64,000 nt of DNA, taken from positions 169,694,001 to 169,758,000 of the forward strand of contig JBITNC010000001.1 of assembly GCA_050084985.1 (NCBI GenBank), given 5' to 3'. The notes beneath the pieces were generated by a model that was given only the letters and a program-made list of their open reading frames with translations, was not told the DNA's origin and ran no database searches. This document shows, one piece after another, positions 51,282-64,000 of this stretch. The stretch comes from Nageia nagi. Taxonomy: Eukaryota; Plantae; Pinophyta. The position numbers and the translations under genes were made by a program. Numbering within the stretch: position 1 is the first letter of the stretch; every line of letters begins with the position of its first letter.

Positions 51282-52300
51282 AACCCCAACCCTATTTAAC
51301 ACCAATAGAAGTCGTGTTCACCAAAATGTGTGAAAAAATCAATTATAGGGAAACTAGGGCTAATTAGAATATTTTATGCTATACTAGGCAATTAATAAAG
51401 TAATAAATGAAAAATATAATTGATTTAAAACTCAAATTAATTCAATAATAGAGATATCTAGTTGGCATGAGGACATCTAAATCTTACCATTGTAACTAAA
51501 CAAACATCATTGCAACAAATTAAATACTAATGTAATGATTTAAATATCATTGCATTAATTTGCATGTCAAATAGTAACTATAGTTATATGTATTATGTTT
51601 AGAACTCCACCATGAAAATGATCATTTTTCATATTTCAACTTATAGAAAAACATTAAGACAAATAAAGTATTTGGAGGATTTTCTATGTCTCTAAATTAG
51701 ATAATTATAGTTGTTACCCATGTATGGAAAGTTTTCAAATTCTAAAATTGAGTAAGCAATTATGTAAATGCAATTATAAAAAATTAATGAAAAAATGACA
51801 AATAACTAATGGGAATATGATGGTCATAAATTATTCTATAGTATTATGTGTATTCCTTCAGAATTACACTCTAAAATTAGGGGAATTCTATTATTTTTCA
51901 TTCTTTAGTGCCCAAGAGTTATGTATATAAGAGTGCCTGGGAGGGATATTATTCTCTTAGAGTCTTCATGAGTTGTAAATTTTTTATATTCTTTCATTCT
52001 TAATCCCTCCTCTTCTCATTTCTTTTTCTTAGAGTGTTATAATTCATATTATTTTCTTAGTGCCTAGGAATTATGTGAATAAGGATACCCAAGAGTTACG
52101 TCAAATTGAAGTTATGTCATTCTTTATTCTTTTATTCTTTAGTACCCGAGAGTTAAGAGAACCCGAGAGTTATGTCATCCCCTTCAAGATACCAAGAAGA
52201 ATTGTAAAAAAAAACCCAAGAATCATGTATATAAAATTGTCCAAGAATTGTTGGCACAAGTGTCCAAGACTTGCATAAATTCAGAGCTAGGTTTTTGAAG

Positions 52301-52706
52301 AACATCAATAGAGCCCATTGATTCTAGAAGAAGACATCACATTTTGTGGTAGAAATCAATGGGTCTTAGTAGAATCAAAACATTAATAGAGCCCACTAAT
52401 TCTAAGATATGATATCACATTTTTTGGTAAAATCAATGGGTCTCAATAGAATCAAAACATAAATAGAACCCATCGATTCTAAGAGATGACATCACATTAT
52501 TTGGTAAAAATCAATAGGTCTTAGTAGAATCAGAACATCAATAGAGTCCAATAATTTTGAGAGATGACATCACATTTTTTAATAAAAATTAGTGGGTCTT
52601 GATAGAATCAAAACATAAATAGAGCCCATTGATTTTGAGATATAACATCACATTTTTTGGTAAAAATCAGTAGGTCCTAGTAGAACCTGATCATCGATAG
52701 AGCCTG
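52301..52706. repeat. 78-bp tandem array, about 5 copies
   Basis: AACATCAATAGAGCCCATTGATTCT...AAATCAATGGGTCT units at 52301, 52379, 52456, 52534, 52612. Confidence 0.9.
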
Positions 52707-54139
52707 CAAGAAGAACATAGAGCTTGCCAAGCAATTATAAGAGTAATGCATGAGAAAGAACATCTAAGTCCACTTTATATTAAGTGTTTGAACCTTAGGG
52801 ACCTATTAATGTGTCAACATCGACTCAATTCCACATAACAATGGCATCTTCTTGAACCAAGTGAACATAATGTCTATCAACCATCATTACTCTAATTACT
52901 AACATCTATAGTAGAGATCATAAAGATTTCATAGAAGTAGGTAGCAACTAATAGAGCATAATACCAAATCATACCAATCAATGTGCAATCAAATAATTAC
53001 TTATTCAACTATAGTGCTATCTTCAATCAGTTATAGGGTTGAAGAAGGAGCAGTCAACATGTCAGAAGGATTGTGGCTTTATGGACATGGATGATAAAAA
53101 ATTGCAAATTCCCAGATAGTTAAGTTGATTAGTACTTATTCACTATATAGTCTAGCATAGTTATAAGATTTATGTAAATAATGTTATTTTAGTTATTTCA
53201 TTTAATGCTAGTAGTTATGTATATTAACCTAAGGAGTGGGGGAAGTTGTATAAATAGCTAGCTTTTAGAAATAAAAAAGGTTGGACATTTTAGCAAATTT
53301 GCCCAAATTTGTAAGAGCTATTCGCATATGATAATACAAATACACAATACTTTACCCTCTTGCAACAAAGTGTCTATTATTTCTTTTGTGAATGTTATGT
53401 GTGAAATGTTTTCTTCAAATTATGGCTATGTATTGTGATTGCGAGACCCTAGGTGATACATAGTTTGCTACTCTTAATCTTGGCTATGGATTGCTACCTG
53501 TGCTGCAATGCCTGAGTTGTAAATTTCTTATTTTTGTTATTTATTTACTTATCTCTTTCCTATAACTCTTCATCTATTCCTTTCCTATTACTTTTAAACT
53601 TAAATATAGATAGGAATCAGCTTATAAATCGAAGATTGAGCAGAAAACCAACATGAGCGTATCCCCACCACTTTCTATTCTTTCAAGGAACCTACTATTG
53701 TGGGTAATGGAGAACACAACCAAACCAAACCCTTGAGGTTATGCTATATTGATCAATAGTAGCTAGTTCTATTTTTGGCATGCTTGGTGGAACATGAGCT
53801 AAATTACATATTTAGCAAGCATTGTTAGGCCTAATATCCTCATCTAGTGGGATATCAATTGAATCCTTCAAGATTATAAGGTTCTTATAACCTTATTGGT
53901 GACTTTACTGGTAACCAATCAATGTTTTGAACCCTAGCACCTCTAGAATGCAAATTAACTAGAAGTAGTGCCAAAAATTCCCTTAGACAACCTAAATTTC
54001 AAGAGCTATTAGTTTCTCATAGGAGGACTAGGTGAAATATTTCTTGGGTTGTGTCTCCCTTGGTCCCTTTAAGGACAACCCCTTTATCAGTCATATTTGA
54101 CTAATTCTTAGAAAATCCTTCATCTCCTATACATTCTTC

Positions 54140-55190
54140 AAATATGGTTCAATAAGCAAATTTTCTTGCTTAGAATAATATTCATCCTTTAGTTGTAGTT
54201 GCTAATTCAACTCCGATACCTCAAGTAGCTTTTAAAGTTTTGCTTAAGTATGATGGATCTAAAAAGGTGCCATACGAGCACTATCAAGATGTATCTTTAT
54301 TAGCTTTGATATTACTGATGAAATTATGATGATAAGGATACTATCACACTCTTTTGAAGGTAAAGCAGTTGAGTGGTTTGAAACTCTTACTCCCCAATCT
54401 ATAAATTCATGGGGAGAGTTGTATCAAGATTTAATTAAAAGATTTTCTATATATGGTGATGATATCATGTTCCTTAGTCTCATAGCATGTATCAAAAGAC
54501 ATCCTCATGAATCTATTGATGATTTTAATATCATATTTGAAAGAACATAGAAGTCTATACTAGCAAGGATTAGACTAATGAATACACAAGCTTTGATGTA
54601 TTACAAAAAATCTTTTCTTCTTGACCTCAATATGCTTATTTTTATGTCAAAAGATACATTCTTAGATGTTTACTAGATAGCAAATATTGCAAAACATACC
54701 CTGGTGTCCTTTGGTAAAATGCAACCTAGAATAATCATGCTTGTATTTCCAAATTTACATGCAAGTAGGCTCCACAAATAGGTCACCTTGGAGTTTTGAC
54801 CTTACCACCTCCTCCCAGAGCTATTGTCCAAAATAAAATACCAACATTACCCCCTCTTGCATCCACAAGTATTGGTACTCAACCTAAATCTCAAGAAGAG
54901 GAGAGAATAAGGTAGTTGGAGGTAACTATTAGAAATCTAACCAATAAGCTTACTCTATAAGAAAGGTAGAATCATGGTTTTAATTATACAAGATATGATA
55001 ATTAGTATCAACCAAGATTCTAACCCAAGGTCAACTAACTAGAATAGTCAAATCCTCTTAAAATAATTGAGAATGTTATTATGACTAGTTTTGTAGATAA
55101 TGCTATTTTGGGCATTGCAACATGGTGTCCACCATGTTTACATTTTCATTTTCTAAATTCATGTGCAGTGTATCAACATCATAATTTGGG
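54140..55190 (+). pseudogene. Decayed gag of J
   Basis: ORF 54326..54550 HSFEGKAVEWFETLTPQSINSWGEL; WCPPCLHFHFLNSC knuckle-like motif. Confidence 0.8.
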
Positions 55191-55359
55191 GTTACATTCT
55201 AATTAGATGGTATTTGAAAGTGACACACTAAGGGAATCACTACTGACAACTAAATTTCTTTCAATAAATGATCTAAATTATCAAGTCACAGATGTAGGCA
55301 TTGAAAATTATTATCTGTATGAGAAAGTTCAGCCAATCTCAATCACTACTGATAAAGGA

Positions 55360-55750
55360 CATGAGTTATGGACAATGTATTTTGATGGTTCTTGATGTAG
55401 ACATGGATGTGTGAGCTAAATTGGTCTTGAAATCTCCTAAGGGAATTACCAAAAGATTCTCCTTCCAATTCACATGGACTTGTACAAATAATGCTGCTAA
55501 ATATGAAGCCCTTTATTTAGGGTTATCTAAAGCAATTAGTATAGGTATCAAATGCCTAATTATCCTTGGTGATTCTGAATTGGTCATCAAACAAGTTATA
55601 AATTAGATAAGTACAAAACATCATTGTTTGAAGAACTACAAGAATAGAGTGTGGGATTTATTGAAGTCTTTTCTAACTATCAATTTTATATCTATTCCTA
55701 GAAGGCACAACTAGATAACTGATGCACTTGCTACAAGAGGGGTATGTTAT
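55360..55750 (+). pseudogene. Additional (archaeal-type) RNase H of J, upstream of RT
   Basis: WTMYFDGS, CTNNAAKYEAL, GDSELVIKQV, IPRRHN..TDALA. Confidence 0.88.
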
Positions 55751-56019
55751 AACCCTACTCATTATAAAAGAGGAGCTCTTGGAGTCAAAACTAGCAAGTA
55801 TTTTACTATGATGAGCATATTGTAAACTTCATCATAGACGAAGCAGTGGCTCACACTTTTGGTACTCAAGAAATGCCTAATTATTTCTAAGAATTAGATT
55901 TCATTCAACTCAGAAACAATATGATACCAAAAAGATTATTCTCTTTTGAAAGACTATTTGATTTACAAGATGTCCTAAAAGCTAAGTCTTCAATCATCTT
56001 GAAGAACAATTACATTGAG

Positions 56020-58755
56020 CTAGAGGTAGAACTTGGGAAGTTTATAAAAGTTGGTTCAAAATGTTTTAATGTAGAAAAAGCTACTATGTGTTAGATTTAT
56101 CATGAGTTTTTCCAAGTAATTACTTGGAATTATGAATATCTTAAGACATATGATAAAGATATCATCCACCACATGATTGAGCTTGAACCAGAGGTCAAAT
56201 GATATAGGCAAAAGTAGAGACCAATTAACCCAAAGATAGAAGTTATGAAATAGAAGTTAATCAAGCTCCTTGATTCAAAAATCATTTATCCTATCAAGCA
56301 TTCTTCTTGGGTTGCAAATCTAGTTCCTATTGGAAAGAAAAGTGGAGAAATCAAACTCTGTGTTGATTTCAAAAATTTGAATAAAGTGTCCCTCAAAGAT
56401 AATTATCCTCTCCCTTCTATGGAGTAGATCCTGCATACAGTAGCTAGAGCTTGCTATTTTTTAATGATTGATGGTTACTCAGGATTTAACCAAACTTGGG
56501 TGAAGGATGAAGATCAGTTCAAAATAGCATTTACAACTAAATAGGGAATATTTTCTTTTCAAAGAATTCCATTTGGTCTTTCTAGTGCAAGAGCTACTTT
56601 TCAAAGAGCCATGGATCATGCATTTGGTTAGCTAATAAATAAGATTATACTGATCTATTGAGATGATAGCACTATCTTATTCAAAAGGAGAAGTGATCAC
56701 CTGGAACATCTAAGATTAGTATTTAAAATATGCATGAAATTTGGCATTTCAATCAATCAAAAAAATTTAATTTTTATGGTCAACCAAGGAAAGTTACTTG
56801 GCCACATTATCTCAAAAGAAAGACTAGCAATTGATCTAGATAGAGTAAAAGGTATAGAAGCATTACTACTCCCCTCTAAGAAGAAGGCATTATAGTCATT
56901 CCTTGTTCAGATAAATTTTATTGGAAATTTTATTAATAATTTTTCAAAGATTGTATCTCTAATCACTTCAATGCTAAAGAAGGATGCTATATTTTCTTGA
57001 TCATGTGAAGCAAAAATAGCCTTCAAAGAGATTAAAAAGGCTATAATAGAAGCCCCTATGTTTAAAAATATTGATATGTCAAAAGATTTCATCATGTATG
57101 CACATGGAGAATATAGAATTATTGTTGCAATTCTTGCATAAAAGGATGATAATAATGAAGAACACCCAATTGCCTTTCATAGTCAAACACTACATCAACA
57201 CTAGCAAAGGTACTCATTTATTGAAAAGCAAGTATTTTCCATTATCAAGGGCATTACAAAATTCAAACATTATGTCTCCCACAATGGAATCCTTGTATAA
57301 AATATTCATCTAGATGTAAGAAATTATATTATACAAGGAGATCTAGGTGAAATAAAGGCTAGTTAGATCACTAAAATAATGGAATATAACATAGAAATCA
57401 AGCCAACCAAGCTGATCAAAGGTAGGGCTCTATGTGAAAATATGGTTGAAGCTTCACATATGATCACTCTTGTGGAGGATGAGTATAACTTAATCATGAA
57501 AGTGATTGGATTAAGCAAATCATGGTTTATTTTCAAATTGGTAGGTGCCTTGAAGCTTTAGACAGATTCCAAAGAAAGAGATTCAAGTTGCATGCCCTTA
57601 AACTTATCATGATAGATGACTATTTATACAGAAAATATTTTGATCAAACCCATCTTAGATGTGTGACTCAAGATGAATCCTATAGAATATTGCATGAATT
57701 TTATTATGGATTCTCTGATGGGCATTATAGTGGACCAACTACAGTAGCAAAGGTATTACAAGTTGGATATTATTGGCCCACTATGTTTCAAGATTCATTC
57801 AATATTGCCTAGGAATGTGATAAGTGCAACACATTTGTGGGAAAGAGAAGACAAGCTTCAATGCCTCTCAAACCTATGGTAGTTGAAGAGCCTTTTCAAT
57901 AATGGAGTATTGACTTCATTAGTGTCATAAATCCAAATTCCTTGGTAGGCCACAAGTTTATTTTAACTACAATAGATTACTTCACTAGATGGTCAGATAC
58001 TATACCATGCCAAAATGCAGATCAAAAAGCAATGATAGAAATGATTAAAAGGATAATAATCTACTTTGGAATCCCATAGACTATATTATCAAATAATGGC
58101 CCAACATTTATTGAAGGTAATTTGTCAAGATTTATAGCTCAGTATGAAGTGTATTGGTTATTCTCTTCAAACTATTACCCATAAGGTAATGGGTTAGCCA
58201 ATTCAACTAACAAAACTCTAATTCAGATCATCAAGAGAACAATTGAAGGGAATCCCAAATAGTGGCATACATAATTGGAATTTGCATTATGAGTTGATAG
58301 AATCAATATAAAATTAGCAATAAAGACATCCCATATGCATTGGTATATGGTAAAAGACCTATGTTGCCAGTACATATGGAGTTACCAGCTTTGAAAATCC
58401 TATAAGAATTGGAAGACCATGACTTTGAGCCATAATCTAGATATAGTTAGCTCTTGAAATTAGAGGAAGATTAGAACAAAGCATATGAGTCATTCTAGCA
58501 TTGCCAGCACATCGTTAAGAGGTGGTTTGATAAGAAAAAGTCTTCTTGGGTGAAGTTTGAACCAGGTGATATTATCCTCAAATGGGTGAGGAAAGAGCAA
58601 AGCTTGAAAGACACCAAAAATTTGACTCTCTTTGGAGCAGGCCTTACATCATCACCTAGGCTATGAAAAATAATGTATTCAAATTACAAGATATTACTGG
58701 GTCTCAAGAATTACCTATTCCCATCAATAGGATCTATTTAAAACATTATTGGGTG
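56020..58755 (+). pseudogene. Decayed RT, RNase H and integrase of J
   Basis: LCVDFKNLNK, DGYSGFNQ, PFGL, GHYSGPTT..KVLQVGYYWPT, PFQ*WSIDF, DYFTRW, WSRPYII. Confidence 0.92.
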
Positions 58756-58804
58756 ATGAGGTAAGCTTGTACTACCTACAAAGCATTGTATATTGTAAAT
58801 ATTT

Positions 58805-58807
<3 letters not shown>

Positions 58808-58846
<39 letters not shown>
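58808..58846. repeat. (TA)n microsatellite
   Basis: About 19 uninterrupted TA units. Confidence 0.95.
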
Positions 58847-58849
<3 letters not shown>

Positions 58850-59399
58850 GCATAATTTTCAAAAGTAGCCGTTAATGCTCAACTTTAATTTAGCTTTATT
58901 AAGAGTTAATGTTAATGTACTACTTAGTTATCAACTTTAATTCAACTTTGTCAAGAGTTAATGCTAGCATATTGCTTAGCTGTCACTGAATAAAGCAACA
59001 TTTAAGGAAAGATTTCTTTAGATTTCATAAACCATTGCATAAGTACAACAAGTTAAGTCTAGTGTGCTTTGAATTTACTAATCTAGCCTATGCCAACTTA
59101 GTTCGTACAATGCATGGGTCTCAAGATCTTCAAGAAGTAATTACCATTAATGAAAATATTTCCAACCTTAGACAAATAAAGTTCTCCCATACTTTATAGT
59201 TCAACACTTAGCCAATTTCAAGCACATAAGTTTCTAGAGCATTCAAAGCTTAGATATTTTAGAGCCGAATTGTGTTGAAAGAGAGAAAAGTTATAGGACC
59301 TCACATTGCCCTAATTGCTATTTCAAAGTGACAACTAGAGGTTCAAGAAAGGGTGTTAATATCATGGTGACCTCTTAGCATCCTCTATAGCCAAAGTAG

Positions 59400-62300
59400 A
59401 ATAACTCAATGATAACCTACTTTCCTTAGATGAAGAGTATCTTAAGAATGCACCAAGAATAAATTGAACTAAGATGGGAGTAATTAGTTATATGGATACA
59501 TGGAGAGTTGACCCTACTCGTATTATTTTAAAAATTAAAACACCTAAAGTGATAAGGAAGGGGATGTCACTTGCTCATTTGAAGAGAGATGTTATGATTA
59601 ATCAGGGCCTCACATATTATGTGCCTTATGAGTCCTTCACTTACCTTGAGCTCTTGTACTCCCTAGCACATAGACATCATAAAAAAGAGTACCAAATTAG
59701 AATGTTTAAAAGCATTGAAGAGGGAGATACATCTAAACCTGTGTTTGATGCTATGCTAGATTACTCTCCTAACTCCATCATCCAAGCATTTGTTGTTCTA
59801 GTATACTGGACAATCCATGTTAAAAATAAATTGATTTGAAAAAGGAGAAGCATGATTTTTATATCAATCAAGATGAAATGTTGAACTAGATTAGTGGGAT
59901 ATACCAATATAGTAGAAAATCCAAACTCTTATCAAGCTACCAGATAGCTCATTTTGAAAGAAAGAAGGATAGAGAAGTGCTACAAGCACTAGCAATCATC
60001 TTGGGAAAGAAGACCTAGATTGAAGTAGATAAAGCCATGGTGCATTAGAGGCTCACATCTACTATGACTTCTTAGCTTTTATAATTAAAGAAATTAAGAG
60101 GTGTCTATTTAAATTAAAAAGTTAGAATTCAAACATTCCTCATATCTTTGGCGGCTCTTTATCCATCAAAATTTGGAGAACTTATAGAGGTGGGACTCCT
60201 AATTGACCTAACAAATTCCAGTGCTATATAGATACCAATTGACCTGATGGTACCAATTTTGACTAAGTTGCATGGATCCTACTATGAATTCATGGATAAG
60301 TTTTATGCAATAGTAGTAAAAATTTTGACTAGAAAACTCCCCAGTAGGTTGCACAAAAGCATAATGAGGGAGCTACAGTGAGGAAATAAAATTGATGACT
60401 GGTATTTCCTAAAAATTTGCACTATAATAATTAGGTATGGGTATTTTGAGAGACCCTTCTTATTACCTAAACATGTAAGCCCCTAGTTATATTCAATAGA
60501 GATGGGTAGATAGATTTGTGCCATAGAAAGCAAATATGGGTATGAGGGGTAACTTTAAGTCTATTGTAGATATATTGGCTTCTAGTAAGAATTTTACTCT
60601 TTTAGAGATAGGATGTAAAGATAGTATAGCCCAATTCATTGTATAGAATTTCAAGTAGGATAAGGTGGAAACTGCATGGATGTATAACCCATCAAGGGAG
60701 ATGACACAAATAATAAGGTATAGCAAAAAACATCCAGCATTTGTCCATGATAGTAGGCCTCATAAAGAATATTTTGTAAATAAAATTGAATAGAAAGTAG
60801 AAATGTGCCCATATTGGGAATTTATACCCCTGAATAAGGTCTAGATGGCCCTTGAGGGAAAAAAAAGTATAAGAACTAGAAAAATAAGAGAATATTTTAT
60901 CCTAAACCTAGAGGTCCTCACCCAGTTAGCATATCTTGGGTGGGGTACCAATAAAATTTATTATTTTACAAGATTCAAATTTGAATACACTACAAAACTT
61001 CACCATATTAAGAGTGAATTGTTTGAAAAAATCAAATATGATAAGTATTGGGAGGTAGAGTATAGCAAAGATCCTTTGTTGAAGTTGGGATAGCCCCTTC
61101 CTTCTCATTTTCAAAGAAAACCTACTGCAAGGGTGAGGCCAATACAAATAGGACAACTATCCATCATGGTTTAAATTCCAAAGAAGGGAGAACAAGACCC
61201 TTCAAACACCACCACCTTTTCCTAGGAGCCTTCTCCAAAAAAGAAAAGGAAATTTCAAACTCTTACTCAAAGGTAGCAGATACTAGAGAAGAAATAAAAG
61301 CTTGTAAAGAAGCCCCAATCGACTATTGCAAGGTCTCAATCACAAACAATTATACCTTCACCTTCAAAGGTAATAGGAGAAGTTCCAAAGGTGATAATAA
61401 AAGAAATAGAAATTTTTGACACAAAAGAGTTTAAGAGCCACATGATATAGATGCTAGTGTTGCAAAAGAAGTTCAAGCACAAAAATAAATAGAAACCCTA
61501 GAAGAAGGATAAAGCCAAATTCAACAAAGTAGGGTAAGTGTACTTGAAGCTAGTAGGATTATAGCAACTGCACCTGGAGGAGGATCGAGAGATAATGATG
61601 ATGATGATGAACCTAGAAAAAAGAAGGACTCTAGCCCAATGGATAAGGCTGAGGAACAAGGTGGGGCCATGGAAGAAGTAGAGCCTAAACCAAAAGTCCA
61701 ACATTTGACACCTCCTCAGCAATCCCAACCTATTCAACAAGTTGAGATACCTATTTCAAGTGGACTTATTACTACCCATCCTTTTATTCCTCCAGCCTTG
61801 TAAGAGAAAATAAAGTTAGTTTTTTCTACACAAATTGTAGAGCCCATTGATTGGGTGACTTTTTTTAATAAATATCCATTGCTCCTTGAGCAACAATCAA
61901 GAATTTTGAGTAAGGTAATAGGGATAGGAGATATTAAAATTATACAAATGCCTTTCAAAGAAGGGTAGCTAGATATTACTCCCACAACCATCATATATGT
62001 AAATATGTAGAGTGCACTGGCAATTGACCAATTTAGATTTCTTATAAATAATTCAATGATAGAAAATAAAAGTCTTCAAGCCATGGAGACTAAGATAAAG
62101 AAATTGAATAAGAAAATTGATCAGTATAAGAAAGATTGCTCCCTTAAAGATAAAATAGTAGCTAGATTGGAGAATAAGAATAAAGAATTGATTGTAAGGC
62201 TTGAAAAATAGAAAGTAGAGTTTGATAAGAGCATGTCAACAATAAGAGCCATGCTAGATTCTACAAATTAAATGATGGAAGAGCTCAAAACTTAGGCTAT

Positions 62301-63100
62301 AGTCATTTATGCTCAAAAATTCAAACAAGTTGAGGCTAAGATGCAAACTATCAACATAGCAAATAAAGTTCTATTAGATGATAATGCAAATTTGTTATTT
62401 CTCATGAAGAAATTCAAAAAATCCTTGGTGAAGTAAGTCAATGATAGAATGATAACATTATATCACTTACATATGCTCAAGGAGGAAACTATACAGGCCA
62501 TCAAGGAATTCTATGCTTAGAATGCTCTACATAAGTTGGCTCTAGATATACCCAGAGTAATATTAGAAAGGATGCAAGTTTGTTTGAGAATTTTGATGGA
62601 AAAAGAGTTTGCAATAGTCTCTTTCAAGCCAAAATAGTTATATTAGAAGAGGATCCAATATATTTGTGAACTCCAAAGTTTGGTGTTCAACATGAACATA
62701 AATAAACACCAACTCACAACAGAGCTATGATTCATTAACAAATTCTTTAATTATTTAATTGAAATGAAAGCTCCCAAATTATGGTAAGATCAAAAAGTAT
62801 AGGGTAGTGCTATCAATTGGGTAGATAATACCATTCAATTCTTTGAATAATCTTTTTTCAAGAAATAAATCTTAGATTTGCAATAAATAAATGAGTTGGC
62901 TTAGGAAGCCATTACAAAAGTTTTAAATGTTGGAAGGTTGAATAGTGTCCTAGCAGGGTTCAAAGTAGATACAAAGAAGATTAAGGCATCCCTTATCTTA
63001 TCATAAGTATATTATAAATATTTAAGTGATATAAATAAAAGGATGCAATCATTCCTCCCACTAGACTTGATGGTAGCAGTTGAGACTGCAACCAAGTCCA
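59400..63100 (+). pseudogene. Decayed extra ORF of J downstream of integrase, unknown function, coiled-coil C-terminal half
   Basis: ORF pieces 59474..59839 and 60845..61093; DWYFLKICTIIIRYGYFERPFLLPKHV near 60.4 kb; K/E-rich heptads near 62.0-62.6 kb. Confidence 0.65.
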
Positions 63101-63614
63101 CTTCTAGGCAATCCACTAGGAGTAGCAGTTAAAGGGTTCTATTCTCCAATAGGAAAAGACCCCAAAAATTCACCAAAAGATTATATTACTTCAGAATTAC
63201 ACTATAAAATTTGGGTAATTCTCTTATTTTTTATTCTTTTAGTCTTTAGTGCTCAGGAGGGATATTATTCTCTTAGAGTCTTCATGAATTGTAAAATTTT
63301 TGTATTCTTTCATTTTTAATCCCTCCTCTTCTTATTTCTTTTCCTTAGAGTGTCAAGAGTCATATTATTTTCTTAGTGATTAGTAATTATGTGAATAAGG
63401 ATACTCAAGAGTTACATCAAATAAGAGTTATGTCATTCTTTATTCTTTTATTCTTTAGTACCTGAGAGTTAAGAGAACCTAGGAGTTATGTCATCCCCTT
63501 TAGGATACCTAGAAGAATTGTAAAATAATACCCGAGTCATGTATATAAAACTATTTTGGAATTGTTGACATAAGTGTCCAAGAATTGCATAAATTTAGAG
63601 CCAAGTTTTTAAAG

Positions 63615-64000
63615 AACATCAATAGAGCCCATCAATTCTGAGAGATGACATCATATTTTTTGGTAAAATTCAATGGGTCTCGGTAGAATCAAAACATCAA
63701 TAGAGCCTGCTAATTCGAAGAGATGATATCACATTTTTTAATAAAATCAATAATTCCTAGTAGAATTAGAATATAAATAGAGCCCATCAATTCTAAAATA
63801 TGACATCACATTTTTTGGTAAAAATTAGCGGGTCCCGGTAGAATCAGAACATCAATAGAGCCCATGGATTCTAAGAGATGATGTCACATTTTTTGGTAAA
63901 AATCAATGAGTCCTAGTAGAATCAAAACATAAATAGAGTCCACCAATTCTAAGATATGACATCACATTTTTTGGTAAAAATCAATAGGTCTTGGTATAAC
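63615..64000. repeat. Second 78-bp tandem array (at least 5 copies, open at the window end)
   Basis: Same unit as 52301-52706. Confidence 0.9.

Larger units (their letters stand above)
48700..51850 (-). mobile_element. Element K: heavily decayed, truncated Gypsy-like remnant with Trp-type PBS
   Basis: TGGTGAACACGAC at 51323-51311 next to an LTR-like end at 51327; only faint gag-like traces near 49.1 kb; boundaries approximate. Confidence 0.4.
51851..64000 (+). mobile_element. Element J: decayed Tat-clade Gypsy element, runs off the window end
   Basis: LTR 52804-53771; Arg-like PBS TGGCATGCTTGGTGGAAC at 53776-53793; domain order gag, aRH, RT, RH, INT, extra ORF; 3' UTR present at both 51851-52700 and 63185-64000. 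Confidence 0.88.

Overview
AT-rich eukaryotic plant DNA. It is most likely a gymnosperm; this is inferred from long TE-filled introns, old LTR pairs (about 80% identical by eye) and a Tat-type element with its extra RNase H upstream of RT. Bases 1-12.7 kb are genic. They hold a spliced + strand gene whose last two exons (9645-9777 and 11002-12722) join in frame to encode a protein with the full ordered motif set of the bacterial DUF1853 family (predicted PD-(D/E)xK nuclease fold). Probable upstream exons lie at 4612-4679 and 260-395. The intervening DNA contains a SINE head, a MITE, an L1 fragment and a decayed antisense ORF. Bases 18.2-47.5 kb are one TSD-bounded nest of LTR elements: Copia A contains Gypsy B, which contains Tat/Ogre-like C, which contains D and E. 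A also contains a solo LTR, a rearranged Gypsy fragment and a CACTA element carrying a histone H2B tail fragment. Element D has two inverted LTRs. Bases 51.9-64 kb are a decayed Tat-type Gypsy element with a long extra 3' ORF and 78-bp hairpin arrays. All family calls come from motif recognition by eye; no database searches were run.
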